Shown here piece after piece: positions 30,113-42,223 of a stretch of 64,000 nucleotides of DNA (position 1 is the first letter of the stretch; the number at the start of each line of letters is the position of its first letter). This DNA is from Vicinamibacterales bacterium. GTDB lineage: Bacteria; Acidobacteriota; Vicinamibacteria; Vicinamibacterales; UBA2999. The notes under the pieces are model-generated. The model was not told the DNA's origin. It did no database searches and worked only from the letters and a program-made list of their open reading frames with translations. Where the stretch lies: assembly GCA_050249615.1 (NCBI GenBank), contig JBFWQE010000009.1:107-64106 (forward strand). Reading direction: 5' to 3'. Position numbers and translations under genes: made by a program.

Positions 30113-31557
30113 TGGGCGCCCTCATCGAGCAGTCGGCCCGCGCCATCGCGCGGGACGTGGCGAGCGGCGCACGGACGGCCGCGGGTGTGTGCCAGGTGTT
30201 CCTGGACCGCATTCACAGCGAGGAGCCGCGCGTCTCCGCTTTCAACACCGTGGTGCACGACCGCGCTCTGGCCCGGGCCGCCGCCATCGATGCGGCGCGG
30301 CTGGCCGGCAGCGGCCGCGCGGACGCCCAGCCGCTGCTGGGCGTGCCCGTCGCCGTCAAGGACAACATGTGCACGGCCGGCGTCCCCACGACGGCTTCGT
30401 CGAGAATCCTGCGCGGGTTCGTGCCGCCTTATTCGGCGACCGTCGTGCAGCGCCTCGAGGCCGCGGGCGCCATCGTCATCGGCAAGACCAACCTGGACGA
30501 GTTCGCGATGGGTTCGTCCACCGAGAACTCCGCCGTCGGCGCGACGAGAAATCCCTGGGACGTCTCGCGCACGCCGGGCGGCAGCAGCGGAGGGTCGGCC
30601 GCGGCCGTGGCCGCACGCATGGCGCCCGTCTCGCTTGGTTCCGATACGGGCGGCTCGATCCGGCAGCCGGCTGCCTTCTGCGGTCTGGTCGGTGTGAAGC
30701 CGACGTATGGCCGTGTTTCGCGATACGGCCTGCTGGCCTTCGCCTCGTCCCTCGACCAGATTGGCCCGCTCGCGCACACCTCCGAGGATGCCGCGCTCGT
30801 GCTGCAGACCATGGCCGGCCACGACCCGCACGACGCGACCTCGTCCGCCGAGCCGGTGCCCGACTACCTCGCCGCGCTCGATCGCGGCGTCTCGGGCCTT
30901 CGCATCGGCGTGCCACGGGCGTTCGTCGGCGAGGGCGTGGACACGGCCGTGCAGCGCGCGTTTGCCGATGCGCTCGATCGCTGGCGGGCGGCAGGGGCGG
31001 TGCTCGTTGACGTCGAGCTGCCGCACGCCCGGTACGCCATCCCCGTCTACTACCTCATCGCCACGGCGGAGGCCTCGTCCAACCTCGCTCGTTATGACGG
31101 GGTGCGCTACGGCCACCGCGCCACGCTCGGCCGCGACGACGGGCTGAAGGAGATGTACGATCGCACGCGCGACGAGGGGTTCGGCGCCGAGGTGAAGCGC
31201 CGCATCATGCTCGGCACCTACGTCCTCAGCGCGGGCTACTACGACGCCTACTACCTGAAGGCGCAGCAGGTGCGCACCCTGCTTCGCCAGGACTACGACC
31301 GCGCGTTCGCGGCGTGCGATGTCGTCGCCATGCCCACCACGCCGACGCCGGCCTTCGGGCTGGGCGAGAAGGCCGACGACCCGATTCAGATGTACCTGAG
31401 CGACGTGTTCACCGTGAGCGCAAATCTCACGGGGCTGCCGGCCATCAGCATCCCGGCCGGGCTCTCACCCGATCGCCTGCCCATCGGTGTCCAGCTCACG
31501 GGACGCATGTTCGACGAAGCCACTCTCTTCGCCGCCGCGCGCGCGCTGGAGTCATAG
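30112..31557 (+). CDS. gatA: Glutamyl/aspartyl-tRNA amidotransferase subunit A
   Basis: 481 aa with the amidase signature [18 protein letters not shown] overlap with gatC. Confidence 0.95.
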   Translation: MGALIEQSARAIARDVASGARTAAGVCQVFLDRIHSEEPRVSAFNTVVHDRALARAAAIDAARLAGSGRADAQPLLGVPVAVKDNMCTAGVPTTASSRILRGFVPPYSATVVQRLEAAGAIVIGKTNLDEFAMGSSTENSAVGATRNPWDVSRTPGGSSGGSAAAVAARMAPVSLGSDTGGSIRQPAAFCGLVGVKPTYGRVSRYGLLAFASSLDQIGPLAHTSEDAALVLQTMAGHDPHDATSSAEPVPDYLAALDRGVSGLRIGVPRAFVGEGVDTAVQRAFADALDRWRAAGAVLVDVELPHARYAIPVYYLIATAEASSNLARYDGVRYGHRATLGRDDGLKEMYDRTRDEGFGAEVKRRIMLGTYVLSAGYYDAYYLKAQQVRTLLRQDYDRAFAACDVVAMPTTPTPAFGLGEKADDPIQMYLSDVFTVSANLTGLPAISIPAGLSPDRLPIGVQLTGRMFDEATLFAAARALES

Positions 31558-31661
31558 GGAGACCACGAAGACGCGAAGCACGCGAGGACCGATTCGAAGC
31601 CCGATCCGGTTCTGGGTTCCTCGATCCTCGAGCCCCAGGACCCAAGCCTCAGGACCTTCCG

Positions 31662-32483
31662 TCACTTGATCAGCGCCTTCAAACGATTCGCCGTCGAGCG
31701 GTCGTACTCGGTGGCGCGCAGCGGCGTGACGGCGACGTAGCCCTCCGCCAGCGCGGCGACGTCGGTGGTGAGGTTGCCGTCCTTCTCGGGCTCGCGATAG
31801 TCGCTCCAGAAGTAGCGGCGTCCTCGCGGGTTCTTGTGCTCCACCCACGTCTCGTGGCCCGCCTCCATGCTCTGGGCGGTGACGCGCAGCCCCTTCGGCG
31901 TCCGCGCCGGCACGTTCACGTTCAGGAACACCCCGGCGGGCAGGCCGTTGCGCTTCACCAGCGCGGCCACCTGCGCGGTGAACTTCGCTGCCGCGGCGTA
32001 GTCGCTCCACCCGCCCGTGATGTCCATCGACGATGCGATGGACGGGATGCCGTGGATGGCCCCCTCGCGCGCCGCGCCCACCGTGCCCGAGACGTAAGCC
32101 ACCCGGCCGGAATTGACTCCGCGATTGATGCCCGAGACGACCAGGTGCGGCCGTTCCTTCATCAGCGCCAGGACGCCCAGCTTCACGCAGGTGGCCGGGG
32201 TCGCCGTGAGGCCCAGGGCGACGACGCCGCTCGCCAGCGTCACCTCATCCACGTAGACGGGGTCAGTGATGGTGATCGAGTGCCCCTTGCCGCTCTGGTT
32301 CTCGGCTGGCGCTACGACGGTGACCTCGCCCACGGATGCGAGCGCCTGGACCAGCGCGTCGAGACCCGGCGCGCGCACCCCATCGTCGTTGGTGACGAGG
32401 ATGCGATACGGCGACTGGCCGGAGACCGGGACCCAGAGCAGGAAGAAGGCGAGGAAGAGGAGCGGGAGGCGCACCAGTCTCAT
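31662..32483 (-). CDS. surE: SurE-type 5'/3'-nucleotidase with N-terminal signal-peptide-like extension
   Basis: Canonical SurE start motif RILVTNDDGVRAPG, preceded by MRLVRLPLLFLAFFLLWVPVSG. Confidence 0.85.
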   Translation of the reverse strand: MRLVRLPLLFLAFFLLWVPVSGQSPYRILVTNDDGVRAPGLDALVQALASVGEVTVVAPAENQSGKGHSITITDPVYVDEVTLASGVVALGLTATPATCVKLGVLALMKERPHLVVSGINRGVNSGRVAYVSGTVGAAREGAIHGIPSIASSMDITGGWSDYAAAAKFTAQVAALVKRNGLPAGVFLNVNVPARTPKGLRVTAQSMEAGHETWVEHKNPRGRRYFWSDYREPEKDGNLTTDVAALAEGYVAVTPLRATEYDRSTANRLKALIK

Positions 32484-32513
32484 GGCGCACCATGATAAGG
32501 CGGCGGGAGGGGC

Positions 32514-32858
32514 TCAGGCGACGGCGGGCGCCTTCCGGAAGAAGATGGCCCAGACCATCAGGCCGAGCAGGATGAAGGGCACCGCCGGCAGCAACAAGGC
32601 GAGTAGCGTGCCGACGATCCCGATCACGGCCACGGCGGCGAGGGCAATCAGCACGACGGGGAGCAGCACGGCGCCGGCCGCGACGCCGAGCGCGCCCAGC
32701 GTGAGCCATACCGGAATCATCAAGGCCTTGAGCAGCAGCCGGAATGGCAGCAGCACGACCCAAAGGACCAGCTTGATGAGGAAGAAGACGAACCCGAGAA
32801 CGGCCACCACGGCAAGGCCGGCGGCCACGAGCCCACCGAAAAGCAGCAGTTCGATCAT
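32514..32858 (-). CDS. Small integral membrane protein
   Basis: 114 aa, almost entirely hydrophobic helices with a coding-like GC3 frame. No family recognised. Confidence 0.5.
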   Translation of the reverse strand: MIELLLFGGLVAAGLAVVAVLGFVFFLIKLVLWVVLLPFRLLLKALMIPVWLTLGALGVAAGAVLLPVVLIALAAVAVIGIVGTLLALLLPAVPFILLGLMVWAIFFRKAPAVA

Positions 32859-32913
32859 CTCACCAGAGAAGACGAACCGTCGTGGGCCCGGGTTCCGCTC
32901 GGGCCGGCGAGGT

Positions 32914-33237
32914 TCAGCGGATGTCGAAGACGGCCTTGAAGTCGGGCAGCTGCCAGTCCACGAGGCCGTGCCGGACCTCCTGCATGGCCACGCGCTCGGC
33001 CTTGATTTTCCGGGGACCGGGCACGCCGGGCAGCGGGGGAACGGTCGGCGCAGGCACCACCGGGGCTTCCGGTTCGGCGGGCTCGAGGCGCGACTTGGCG
33101 CCACGGCGAAGTTGCTTGGCGCGAAGGGCGGCGACATCCACGAAGAGGAAGCGGCTCTCGATGGGCGGCGCCTTCGGGCGCTCGACGGGCTCCTGCGCGG
33201 CTTCCGTCTGGTCGGTCTTGGTCTCCACGTCGGACAT
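32914..33237 (-). CDS. rpoZ: RNA polymerase omega subunit-like protein
   Basis: SRFLFVDVAALRAKQLRRGA matches the RpoZ core (NRF-L-A-RA-QL). A later AERVAMQEVRHGLV block is present. A Pro-rich insert lies between them. Confidence 0.6.
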   Translation of the reverse strand: MSDVETKTDQTEAAQEPVERPKAPPIESRFLFVDVAALRAKQLRRGAKSRLEPAEPEAPVVPAPTVPPLPGVPGPRKIKAERVAMQEVRHGLVDWQLPDFKAVFDIR

Positions 33238-33271
33238 AGCAGGCCAGTGTAGCACGGGGCCCCGCCGGCGA

Positions 33272-33619
33272 CTACTTCACCGCCGCCAGGAACCCTCCGA
33301 TGAACCAGGACACCAGGCTCACGACGATGGCGCCGAAAAGGGCGGCCCAGAACGAGGCTACCGTGAACCCCGGCACCAGCGCGGCCGCCAGCCCGAAGGC
33401 CGCGGCATTGACGACGAAATAGAAGAGGCCGAGGGTGACGACGGTCAACGGGAGGGTCAGGATGGTCAGGACCGGCTTGACGACCGCGTTCACGAACCCG
33501 AGGACTAGCGCCCCGACGGCCAGGGCCGCGCCGGACGACACGTTGACGCCCGGAACGAGATAGGCCGCCACAGCGAGGCCCAGCGCGACGACCGCCCAGT
33601 GAATGAGGAACAGAGTCAT
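33272..33619 (-). CDS. Holin-family-IV / DUF360-type small membrane protein
   Basis: 115 aa with four TM segments and YvlD-like sequence (GFVNAVVKPVLTILTLPLTVVTLGLFYFVVNA). Confidence 0.7.
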   Translation of the reverse strand: MTLFLIHWAVVALGLAVAAYLVPGVNVSSGAALAVGALVLGFVNAVVKPVLTILTLPLTVVTLGLFYFVVNAAAFGLAAALVPGFTVASFWAALFGAIVVSLVSWFIGGFLAAVK

Positions 33620-33633
33620 GTGCCCTCCAACGG

Positions 33634-35034
33634 TCACGCTTTGGGCGACCGCACGACAAAGACCGGCCGCGTGCTGGCGGCCATCACGGCCTGAGCCACC
33701 GAGCCCAGCACGACCCGGCCCAGGGCCGACCGGCCCTGGGACCCCATCACGATGACATCGGCGCCAAACCGCTCGGCCTCTTCGCAAATACCGCGCGCTG
33801 CATCGTCGCGCTCGACGACCGCGGTCTCGACCGAGATACCAAGGGGACCGGCTTCCGGGGGGATCAGGTCCCTGAGCCGGCGTCCACACGCCTGGACGTA
33901 GCGATCGTGCCGGGCGCTCGACGTGAGTGTCGTCTCGTACTCGCCTCCTGACACCGCCTTGGGATGGACCACATGGACCAGCCGCACAGTACCACCCGAA
34001 GGCGTCAGCCCGAAGGCGTGCGCCACCGCGCGGTTGCCGCGCGGCGAGAAGTCGGTCGTGACGAGCACCCGCCGGATGGCCGGAACGGCCGGCAGGCGGC
34101 GCCCCCCGGTGGCGGGCGCAATGGCCACGCTCACCGGGGCGTGTCTGAGCACGCCTCTCGAGACCGACGCCGAGAGCAAGCGCGGCAGGCCGCGGAGCTG
34201 GTGGGTGCCTGTCACGATCAGGTCTGCCTGTGCTTCGCGGGCCATCTCGACCAGCACGGCGTCCGCGTGGCCGGCCGCCGGGCGGATCACGACCCCGGCG
34301 GGCTCGTCATCGAGCAGCGTGCGGGCACGGTCCAGGAGCCCGCGCTCCAGGGCCTCCCGGGCTGCCGTCAGCCCGGCCGCGGACCAGGCCGCTTCAGGAG
34401 GGCCCACACGCGCGAAATCGGCGGGTGCGCTGGCCTGTCCCACCGTCACGTCGCAGGGACCGGCCCGCCGCAGTTCGTGCACGAAATCGAAGGCCGCTTC
34501 CCCGGTGATCGTGAAGTCGAAGCCGACGAACACCTTGAGGGGCCGAAGGCCATCCAGCCAGGCGCGGAACGGCGCGGCGTCGCGCACCACCAGTGTCGGG
34601 ACGGGTGCCGACTCGGCGGTCCGCTCGGAGACGCTGCCCAGCAGGTGAGGCCCGCTGCTGCGGCTGCCAAGCGATGCCACGACAATCAGCCGCGCCGCGG
34701 TCTCTCTCGCGCGCGCGGCCAGCACCTCGTCGGCGTGCCCGGCGTGCACCTCGTCGATGACGGTAGCGCCGCGGGCGGACAGCCGCGCGGCCTCGGCGCG
34801 AAGGTCGTCGCGCCTGGGCTTCACCAGCGCCTTCCCGGCGCGCGCGGTCCGCGCTCCTGCCGCCGGCTCCACGGCATGCACGAGGAGCAGCGGTCGGCCC
34901 AGGGTCGCCGCCAGCAGCGCGGCCACGTCCGCGGCCTGGTGGGCGGGACGGGTGAAGTCGGTGCCACAGATGACGACGTCTCGAACCCGGGTGCGTGCGC
35001 GCATGTGTCCCTCTCGACTCTCCAGGCTGATCAT
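33634..35034 (-). CDS. Universal stress protein with three tandem Usp domains
   Basis: 466 aa. Usp-like blocks repeat three times, ending in VIVMGSQGRSALGRVVLGSVA. ATG 35034 overlaps the upstream TGA (ATGA). Confidence 0.8.
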   Translation of the reverse strand: MISLESREGHMRARTRVRDVVICGTDFTRPAHQAADVAALLAATLGRPLLLVHAVEPAAGARTARAGKALVKPRRDDLRAEAARLSARGATVIDEVHAGHADEVLAARARETAARLIVVASLGSRSSGPHLLGSVSERTAESAPVPTLVVRDAAPFRAWLDGLRPLKVFVGFDFTITGEAAFDFVHELRRAGPCDVTVGQASAPADFARVGPPEAAWSAAGLTAAREALERGLLDRARTLLDDEPAGVVIRPAAGHADAVLVEMAREAQADLIVTGTHQLRGLPRLLSASVSRGVLRHAPVSVAIAPATGGRRLPAVPAIRRVLVTTDFSPRGNRAVAHAFGLTPSGGTVRLVHVVHPKAVSGGEYETTLTSSARHDRYVQACGRRLRDLIPPEAGPLGISVETAVVERDDAARGICEEAERFGADVIVMGSQGRSALGRVVLGSVAQAVMAASTRPVFVVRSPKA

Positions 35035-36026
35035 CCCCTAAGCAGGTAGACCAACGCTACGGCGGCGACATAGACCGTCACGATGGCGCCCGTGTCCCAG
35101 GCCACGACGAAGCGCTTCGTCAGGGCCTTGTAGGTCAGCCCGGCCAGAAACAGGCCGTACATCATGATCACGGCGAGCACGGACACCACGTGGCCCTCCC
35201 CCACCGACGTCAGGAGCGGGCCCTCGCGGTAGAACATGTCGTCGAGCCCGAGGATGAAGAGGTTGAAGAGGTTGCTGCCGAGGACGTTGGCGATGCCCAG
35301 ATCCACCGCCCCGATGCGCACTGCGGTCAGCGAGACGACGATCTCCGGCAACGACGTGGTGATCGCGATGAACAGGCTGCCGACGAAGGCTTCGCCAAGC
35401 CCGGTCTCCCGCGCCAGCCTGGCCCCCAGCTCGGGCAGCCACAGCGCTGCGCCGACGACGAACACTGCCGCCACGGTGTAGCGCGTGACGGCGACGCGCG
35501 TCGGAATGTCCTCGTAATCCAGATGCTCGGCCACTTCGGCCGTCTCCCGCTCGCGGCGGCGTCGCTCGTGGGTGAAGATGGCCCGCATGGACAGGAAGTA
35601 CAGCACGATGAGGGCCGGCGTCGTGCCTCCCACCCATCCCAGGTGGGGTATCGATGGGCCGCCGGCCAGGCCGAAGCCCGCCACGCAGACGAGGAGCAGT
35701 CCGAGCGCAATCGACAGCACGTGCCCCTGGTGAGCCCGGGCACTGAGGGGCTCGGGCTGAATGGCGTCCATCATCGACAGGATCAGGAGGTTGAACATGC
35801 AGCTGCCCAGCACATCGCCCGTGGCGATGTCGGGCAGCGACGCGAGGGCCGTGGCGCCGAAGCCGGTGAAGAGCTCCGGCAGGCTCGTGGTGGCTGCCAG
35901 GAGCACGACGCCAATCCAGCTCCGCCCGAGGCCGCTCTTCTCCCCGATCACGTCACCGTAGCGGGCCAGGCGTGTGCCAGCCGCCACGATCACGAGCGCC
36001 GCCAGGAGGAACAGGAGCCACGTCAT
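35031..36026 (-). CDS. CaCA-family cation/Ca2+ exchanger (YrbG-like)
   Basis: Two alpha-repeats (TSLPELFTGF, GDVLGSCMFNLL; TSLPEIVVSL, NVLGSNLFNLF). ATG 36026 overlaps the ATPase TGA (ATGA). Confidence 0.85.
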   Translation of the reverse strand: MTWLLFLLAALVIVAAGTRLARYGDVIGEKSGLGRSWIGVVLLAATTSLPELFTGFGATALASLPDIATGDVLGSCMFNLLILSMMDAIQPEPLSARAHQGHVLSIALGLLLVCVAGFGLAGGPSIPHLGWVGGTTPALIVLYFLSMRAIFTHERRRRERETAEVAEHLDYEDIPTRVAVTRYTVAAVFVVGAALWLPELGARLARETGLGEAFVGSLFIAITTSLPEIVVSLTAVRIGAVDLGIANVLGSNLFNLFILGLDDMFYREGPLLTSVGEGHVVSVLAVIMMYGLFLAGLTYKALTKRFVVAWDTGAIVTVYVAAVALVYLLRG

Positions 36027-38491
36027 GGGGCACCGCCTCCGGGGCGCAGGCTCCGCCAGACGATGCGCGACCACGACTCGGCCAGGGCCCACGACAGCAG
36101 GGCCGCACCGAAGACGAGGCCCCACAGCGGCAGATCGAGGCTGGCGCCAAACAGGACTGCCGTCACGGGCCAGACGGCGGCCGCCATCTGGATGGCGATG
36201 CCACCAACGACCGCCAGGTGGAGGTAGGCGTTGGGCAGTGGGGCGATCCGCGTGTGCCGCGAGGGATAGGTCAGCATGAGCTGACCGATGGCCATGAAGT
36301 GAAAGGTCACCGCGCGCGCGATCTCGGGCTCATAGCCGAGCCGCGGAACCAGGCCCAGCAGGCCCAGCGCCAGCGCGGCCTTCATGGATCCAGCACCCAC
36401 GATGAACCGCATGGAAGGCCCGTCCAGCAGCGGCGCATCCGGCGACCGCGGCGGCTGACGCATGACGCCGGGCGTGCGGTCGAAGGCCAGCGCCAGCGCG
36501 GGCAACCCGTCGGTCACGAGGTTGATCCAGAGGATCTGCGCGGCGGTCAGGGGCAGCAGCGGCCCACCGTCCACGTCGCGCAAGCCGAGCATGTAGGCGA
36601 GGATGACGCCCGCGCCGACGAGGAGCACCTCGGACAGGTTGGTCGAGAAGAGGAAGCGCAGGAACTTCTGGATGTTCTCGTAGATGGCGCGGCCCTCTTC
36701 GACCGCGCCGACGATGGTCGCGAAGTTGTCGTCGAGGAGGACGAGATCCGAAACCTCGCGGCTCACGTCCGATCCGCGCTGCCCCATGGCCACGCCGACG
36801 TCCGAACGCTTCAGCGCCGGCGCGTCGTTCACGCCGTCGCCGGTCATCGCGACGATGTCGCCCCCCTGCTGGAGGGTCTCGACGAGCCGCAGCTTCTGCT
36901 CGGGTTGGACCCGGGCGAAGACATTCACCTCGGCCGCGGCGGCCGCGAGGGCGGGCTCGCTGTAGTCCTTCAGGTCCTCCCCGGTCAGCACGCGCGCACC
37001 GGGAATGCCGATCTGGCGAGCCACGGCCAGCGCGGTCGCGGGATGGTCGCCGGTGATCATCAGCACGCGAATACCCGCCGCGCGCGCTTCGCCCACCGCG
37101 TGGGCGACCTCGCGGCGGGGCGGATCCCAGAACAGCACCAGGCCCAGCATGGCCAGATCGCGCTCGGCCTCACCCGGCGCCCACGCGAGCGCGAGCACGC
37201 GGTACCCTTCCCGCGCGTACGCGTCGGCTTTCTCACGCCACGACGCCAGTTCGCCGGCCTCGAGCGCGCAGCGCTCGAGGAGCACCTCGGGGGCGCCCTT
37301 CAAGTAGCTCGTGAGGCGGCCCTCTTCGTTCACGGTGGCTCGGGTGAACCCCCAGGCGCTGTCGAACGGGCGGTCCGACTCGACAGGATGCGCCTCACGG
37401 AGGGCCACGACATCCACGCCCTGCGCGTTGGCGTACTGCAGGAGCCCGAGATCCAGCGGGTCGCCGGCGCCGTAGGCCGGGTCGGCGTCGTTGGCCAGCA
37501 CAATCGCCCGCAGGGCGCGTTCGGCCTGGGACGTGTCGAGGGATCGGACCTCCATCCGGTTCTCGGTGAGCGTGCCGGTCTTGTCGGTCGCGATGACGGT
37601 CACCGAGCCGAGCGCCTCGACCGCGGACAGGCGCCGGACGACGGCACGTTGCCGAGCCATGCGTTCCACGCCCAGCGCCAGCGCCACGGTCAGCACGGCC
37701 GGCAGGCCCTCGGGGACCGCGGCCACGGCGAGCGCGACGGCCAGAACCATCATCCGTGCAGCCTGGCCAATACCCTCGGCGAGGATTCCCAGGAGGGTCA
37801 GTCCGGCGGCCAGCAGGAGGACCCAGCGTGCGATCTGCCTCCCCAGCTGGTCCACCCGCCGCTCGAGCGGCGTCTTCCCGGCGGCAATGCCGCCGAGCAT
37901 CGTGGCCAGGCGTCCCATGGCGCTGCCCGCCCCGGTCCGCTCGACCTCGAGATAGGTCCTGCCGCGCACGAGGAGCGTCCCGCTGAACACGTCGTCACCC
38001 GTGCCCTTGTCCACGGGGACCGACTCGCCCGTGAGCACCGACTCGTCGAGCATGGCGCCATGCTCGTCGCGCAGGCGCCCATCCGCCGGCACGCGGTCGC
38101 CCGCTTCCAGGCGCACCCAGTCGCCGGGCACGACGTCCGCGCTGGGGCGGCGGACCAGCTGCTCGTCGCGGAGCACCCATACCTGGGCCGCCCCGAGGGC
38201 TTTCAGGCGGGCCAGCGCCGCCTCGGATCGCCGCTCCTGGTACAGGCCGAGCCCGGCGTTGAGCAGCAGGATAGTTGCGATGGCGATGGCGTCGGCCGGC
38301 CAGCCGTGGGCACCCTCCGACGCCCACACGCCGAGGTCGAAGCCCAGCGCGACGATCAGGATGTAGATGAGGGGGCTTTCGAACTGCCGCAGGAACCGCC
38401 GCCACACCGGATCCCGCGGGGGCTCGGGCAGCGCATTCGGACCGACCGACTGGAGCAGGGCGGCCGCTTCGGCGGTGGATAGTCCGGGCAT
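36023..38491 (-). CDS. P-type cation-transporting ATPase (type II, Ca2+/Mg2+-like)
   Basis: 822 aa with TGES, the phosphorylation motif DKTGTLT, and MITGDH and [10 protein letters not shown]. Confidence 0.9.
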   Translation of the reverse strand: MPGLSTAEAAALLQSVGPNALPEPPRDPVWRRFLRQFESPLIYILIVALGFDLGVWASEGAHGWPADAIAIATILLLNAGLGLYQERRSEAALARLKALGAAQVWVLRDEQLVRRPSADVVPGDWVRLEAGDRVPADGRLRDEHGAMLDESVLTGESVPVDKGTGDDVFSGTLLVRGRTYLEVERTGAGSAMGRLATMLGGIAAGKTPLERRVDQLGRQIARWVLLLAAGLTLLGILAEGIGQAARMMVLAVALAVAAVPEGLPAVLTVALALGVERMARQRAVVRRLSAVEALGSVTVIATDKTGTLTENRMEVRSLDTSQAERALRAIVLANDADPAYGAGDPLDLGLLQYANAQGVDVVALREAHPVESDRPFDSAWGFTRATVNEEGRLTSYLKGAPEVLLERCALEAGELASWREKADAYAREGYRVLALAWAPGEAERDLAMLGLVLFWDPPRREVAHAVGEARAAGIRVLMITGDHPATALAVARQIGIPGARVLTGEDLKDYSEPALAAAAAEVNVFARVQPEQKLRLVETLQQGGDIVAMTGDGVNDAPALKRSDVGVAMGQRGSDVSREVSDLVLLDDNFATIVGAVEEGRAIYENIQKFLRFLFSTNLSEVLLVGAGVILAYMLGLRDVDGGPLLPLTAAQILWINLVTDGLPALALAFDRTPGVMRQPPRSPDAPLLDGPSMRFIVGAGSMKAALALGLLGLVPRLGYEPEIARAVTFHFMAIGQLMLTYPSRHTRIAPLPNAYLHLAVVGGIAIQMAAAVWPVTAVLFGASLDLPLWGLVFGAALLSWALAESWSRIVWRSLRPGGGAP

Positions 38492-38696
38492 GGGGGAACG
38501 CGCGAGCGGTGTCCCCCGACTCTAACCCACGAGCGGGGCGGTGGGAGTCACTGATGGCATCGCCCGTGGTCGATCGCGCGAATTCGATGCCGATCGTGCT
38601 GGACAACGAGCGCACGCGGGAGCAAGATGATTCTTGCCGGCATCGCAGTCCCCCGTTCCGGCCGCGTGCACTCGCTCAAACCGTGTGGAGGCCGCC

Positions 38697-39005
38697 ATGG
38701 CCGTCAACTGGGACCCCTCGAAAGCCACCACTCCCCCGGCGAATCTGCTCGCGCGCGTGCCCAAGGCCCGCGCCGCCAAGGTTGATGCGCCGGCGGCGCC
38801 CGTGCCCGCGTCGATCGAACAGGTGGCACGACGAGTGCGCGCGGAATACCTCGAGATGCCAGGCCTCTGTCTCACGCGCGACCAGGCTCGCTGCCTGTGG
38901 GGTCTCGATGTCCAGACCTGCGATCGCGTGCTGTCGCACCTCGTCGCCAGCGGTTTCCTCACGTGCACGGCGCACGCCACGTACATCCGCGCGGACGGTG
39001 GATAA
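38697..39005 (+). CDS. Hypothetical small protein (possible winged-helix)
   Basis: 102 aa from ATG 38697, with SD GGAGG 4-8 nt upstream. C-terminal half reads EYLEMPGLCLTRDQARCLWGLD...VLSHLVASGFL. No family recognised. Confidence 0.5.
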   Translation: MAVNWDPSKATTPPANLLARVPKARAAKVDAPAAPVPASIEQVARRVRAEYLEMPGLCLTRDQARCLWGLDVQTCDRVLSHLVASGFLTCTAHATYIRADGG

Positions 39006-39075
39006 GGGATGGCAAGGGAGGCGGGGGAAGTGTGACGCTGGAGTTGAGAAGTCGGAAGTGAGCGACGCAGAAACA

Positions 39076-39106
39076 GAAAGAGCCCGGTCGATGACCGGGC
39101 TCTTTC
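39076..39106. terminator. Bidirectional hairpin terminator between convergent genes
   Basis: Perfect 14-bp arms GAAAGAGCCCGGTC-gat-GACCGGGCTCTTTC. The minus-strand tail is TTTCTGTTTCT (dnaK-hsp20 operon end). Confidence 0.7.
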
Positions 39107-39145
39107 ACTTGTTACGGACGTGCCGTCCCCGGCGTCGACGCGGCT

Positions 39146-39589
39146 CTAGGAGCCAACCTCGACGGTGATGGACCGCGGCTTGGCTTCCTCGCGGAACGGC
39201 AACCGGACGGTAAGGACGCCGTTCTTGAACTCCGCGCCGATCTTCCCCGAATCCACCGTGGCCGGCAGCGAGAACGAGCGGCTGAAGCTGCCGTAGGCGC
39301 GCTCGATGCGGTGGTAGTGCTCCTTCTTCACTTCGCTGTCGAACTTCCGTTCGCCGCTCAGCGTGAGGGTGTTGTTCTCCACCGTCACCGACACGTCTTC
39401 CTTCTTCACGTCTGGCAGCTCGGCCTTGAGCACGAGCTCCTTCTTGTCGTTCTCGAAGATGTCCACCGCCGGCACCCAGTTGCTGAGCACGCCCTCCTCA
39501 CGAGGGCCATAGGGCTCGCCGAAGATGCGGTTCATCCGGTCCTGCAGGACCGCCAGGTCACGGAACGGGTCGAATCGCGCAATGGCCAT
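39146..39589 (-). CDS. Hsp20/alpha-crystallin small heat-shock protein
   Basis: 147 aa (PAVDIFEN, ERAYGSFSRSFSLP, NGVLTVRLP). Lies 13 nt downstream of dnaK. Confidence 0.9.
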   Translation of the reverse strand: MAIARFDPFRDLAVLQDRMNRIFGEPYGPREEGVLSNWVPAVDIFENDKKELVLKAELPDVKKEDVSVTVENNTLTLSGERKFDSEVKKEHYHRIERAYGSFSRSFSLPATVDSGKIGAEFKNGVLTVRLPFREEAKPRSITVEVGS

Positions 39590-39602
39590 TGTTCTCATCT
39601 CC

Positions 39603-41498
<1,896 letters not shown>

Positions 41499-41529
41499 GT
41501 GGATTGTCTCGCCTCCGTCAGTTGATCTC

Positions 41530-41558
41530 AGGATAGGGACACGCTGAGTAATTGTCAA
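41530..41558 (-). promoter_or_regulatory. Sigma70-type promoter candidate for dnaK-hsp20
   Basis: The minus strand reads TTGACA (41558-41553), a 17-nt spacer, then TATCCT (41535-41530). A second TTGACT lies upstream. AT-rich island. Confidence 0.5.
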
Positions 41559-41635
41559 GCATACAATCTTAGTCAATAACACTCATATTCTAGACCGCCT
41601 TTGGGCGCGGCTGTGGGCCCCTTCCGCCGGCAGTT

Positions 41636-42069
41636 CTACTTCTGCTGAATCGTCTCCAGGTAGCGCGTCAGCGCCGTGATGCGCTGCCGGACCATGGCTT
41701 CGTCGCCCATCACACGGAAGGTGGAACCCCAGGTCGGCATGTCCGTGGATCCGTGCGCGGGCACGACGACGCCGAAATCCAGCACCATGGCGACGCGTTG
41801 GGCCGGGAACTCGCCCTTGTTGGCCGCGGCCACCGGGTCAGGTCGGTGGGCTTGGTCGTGAGGGCCGTCGCCACCGGACCGTCCCCACGGCCCTTGGCGC
41901 CGTGGCACGGCGCGCAGTAGCCGCGATACATGTCGGCCCCTTCTTCCACCGGCCCGCGCGCTGCCCTCCCCGCCGCTGAAGGCCCTTGCGGCGCCGCCAG
42001 TGTGATGGCGGCCGAGGTGGCCGCGATCGCCGCGGCCAGAATCAGAGAACCTGCATGATGAGGGAACAT
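41636..42069 (-). pseudogene. Class I c-type cytochrome, interrupted by a 1-nt frameshift
   Basis: The N-terminal part lies in the frame of track ORF 41710..42153 (signal peptide, CAPCHG, TKPTDLTR). The C-terminal part lies in the frame of ORF 41636..43705 (AAANKGEFPAQRV...HGSTDMPTWG...YLETIQQK). The switch is near 41830-41836. Confidence 0.7.
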
Positions 42070-42223
42070 CGCACACCCCCGAATGGGCACGTCGGTGACG
42101 GGAATCCGTCCAAAGGCGCGCCTCACCGGCGGGATGTGCATAACCCCGGCCATCCCCGCGAGACCGACAGGCGAGCTGTCCGTGTCGCCCGCTGGCGGTC
42201 CTGCGCGCTAGAATCGACAACTG

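Noticed and set aside
33272-33619. Holin-family protein as evidence of a prophage
   Set aside because: DUF360/holin-IV-like proteins are common chromosomal membrane proteins. There are no endolysin, terminase, capsid or integrase genes nearby, and the gene sits in a cation-transport/USP operon.
38492-38696. Metal riboswitch (M-box or yybP-ykoY) in the P-type ATPase leader
   Set aside because: I could not find the conserved cores of either class on the minus strand. Only a small hairpin at the start codon and a 6-bp palindrome are present.
38821-38836. TGGCAC-N-GTGCG sigma54-like motif
   Set aside because: It lies inside the small plus-strand ORF with no downstream plus-strand gene, and its -12 element is poor.
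41499-41635. CIRCE (HrcA) or HAIR (HspR) operator upstream of dnaK
   Set aside because: The AT-rich region has two TTGAC motifs and partial dyad symmetry. It does not match TTAGCACTC-N9-GAGTGCTAA or CTTGAGT-N7-ACTCAAG. I report only a sigma70-like promoter.
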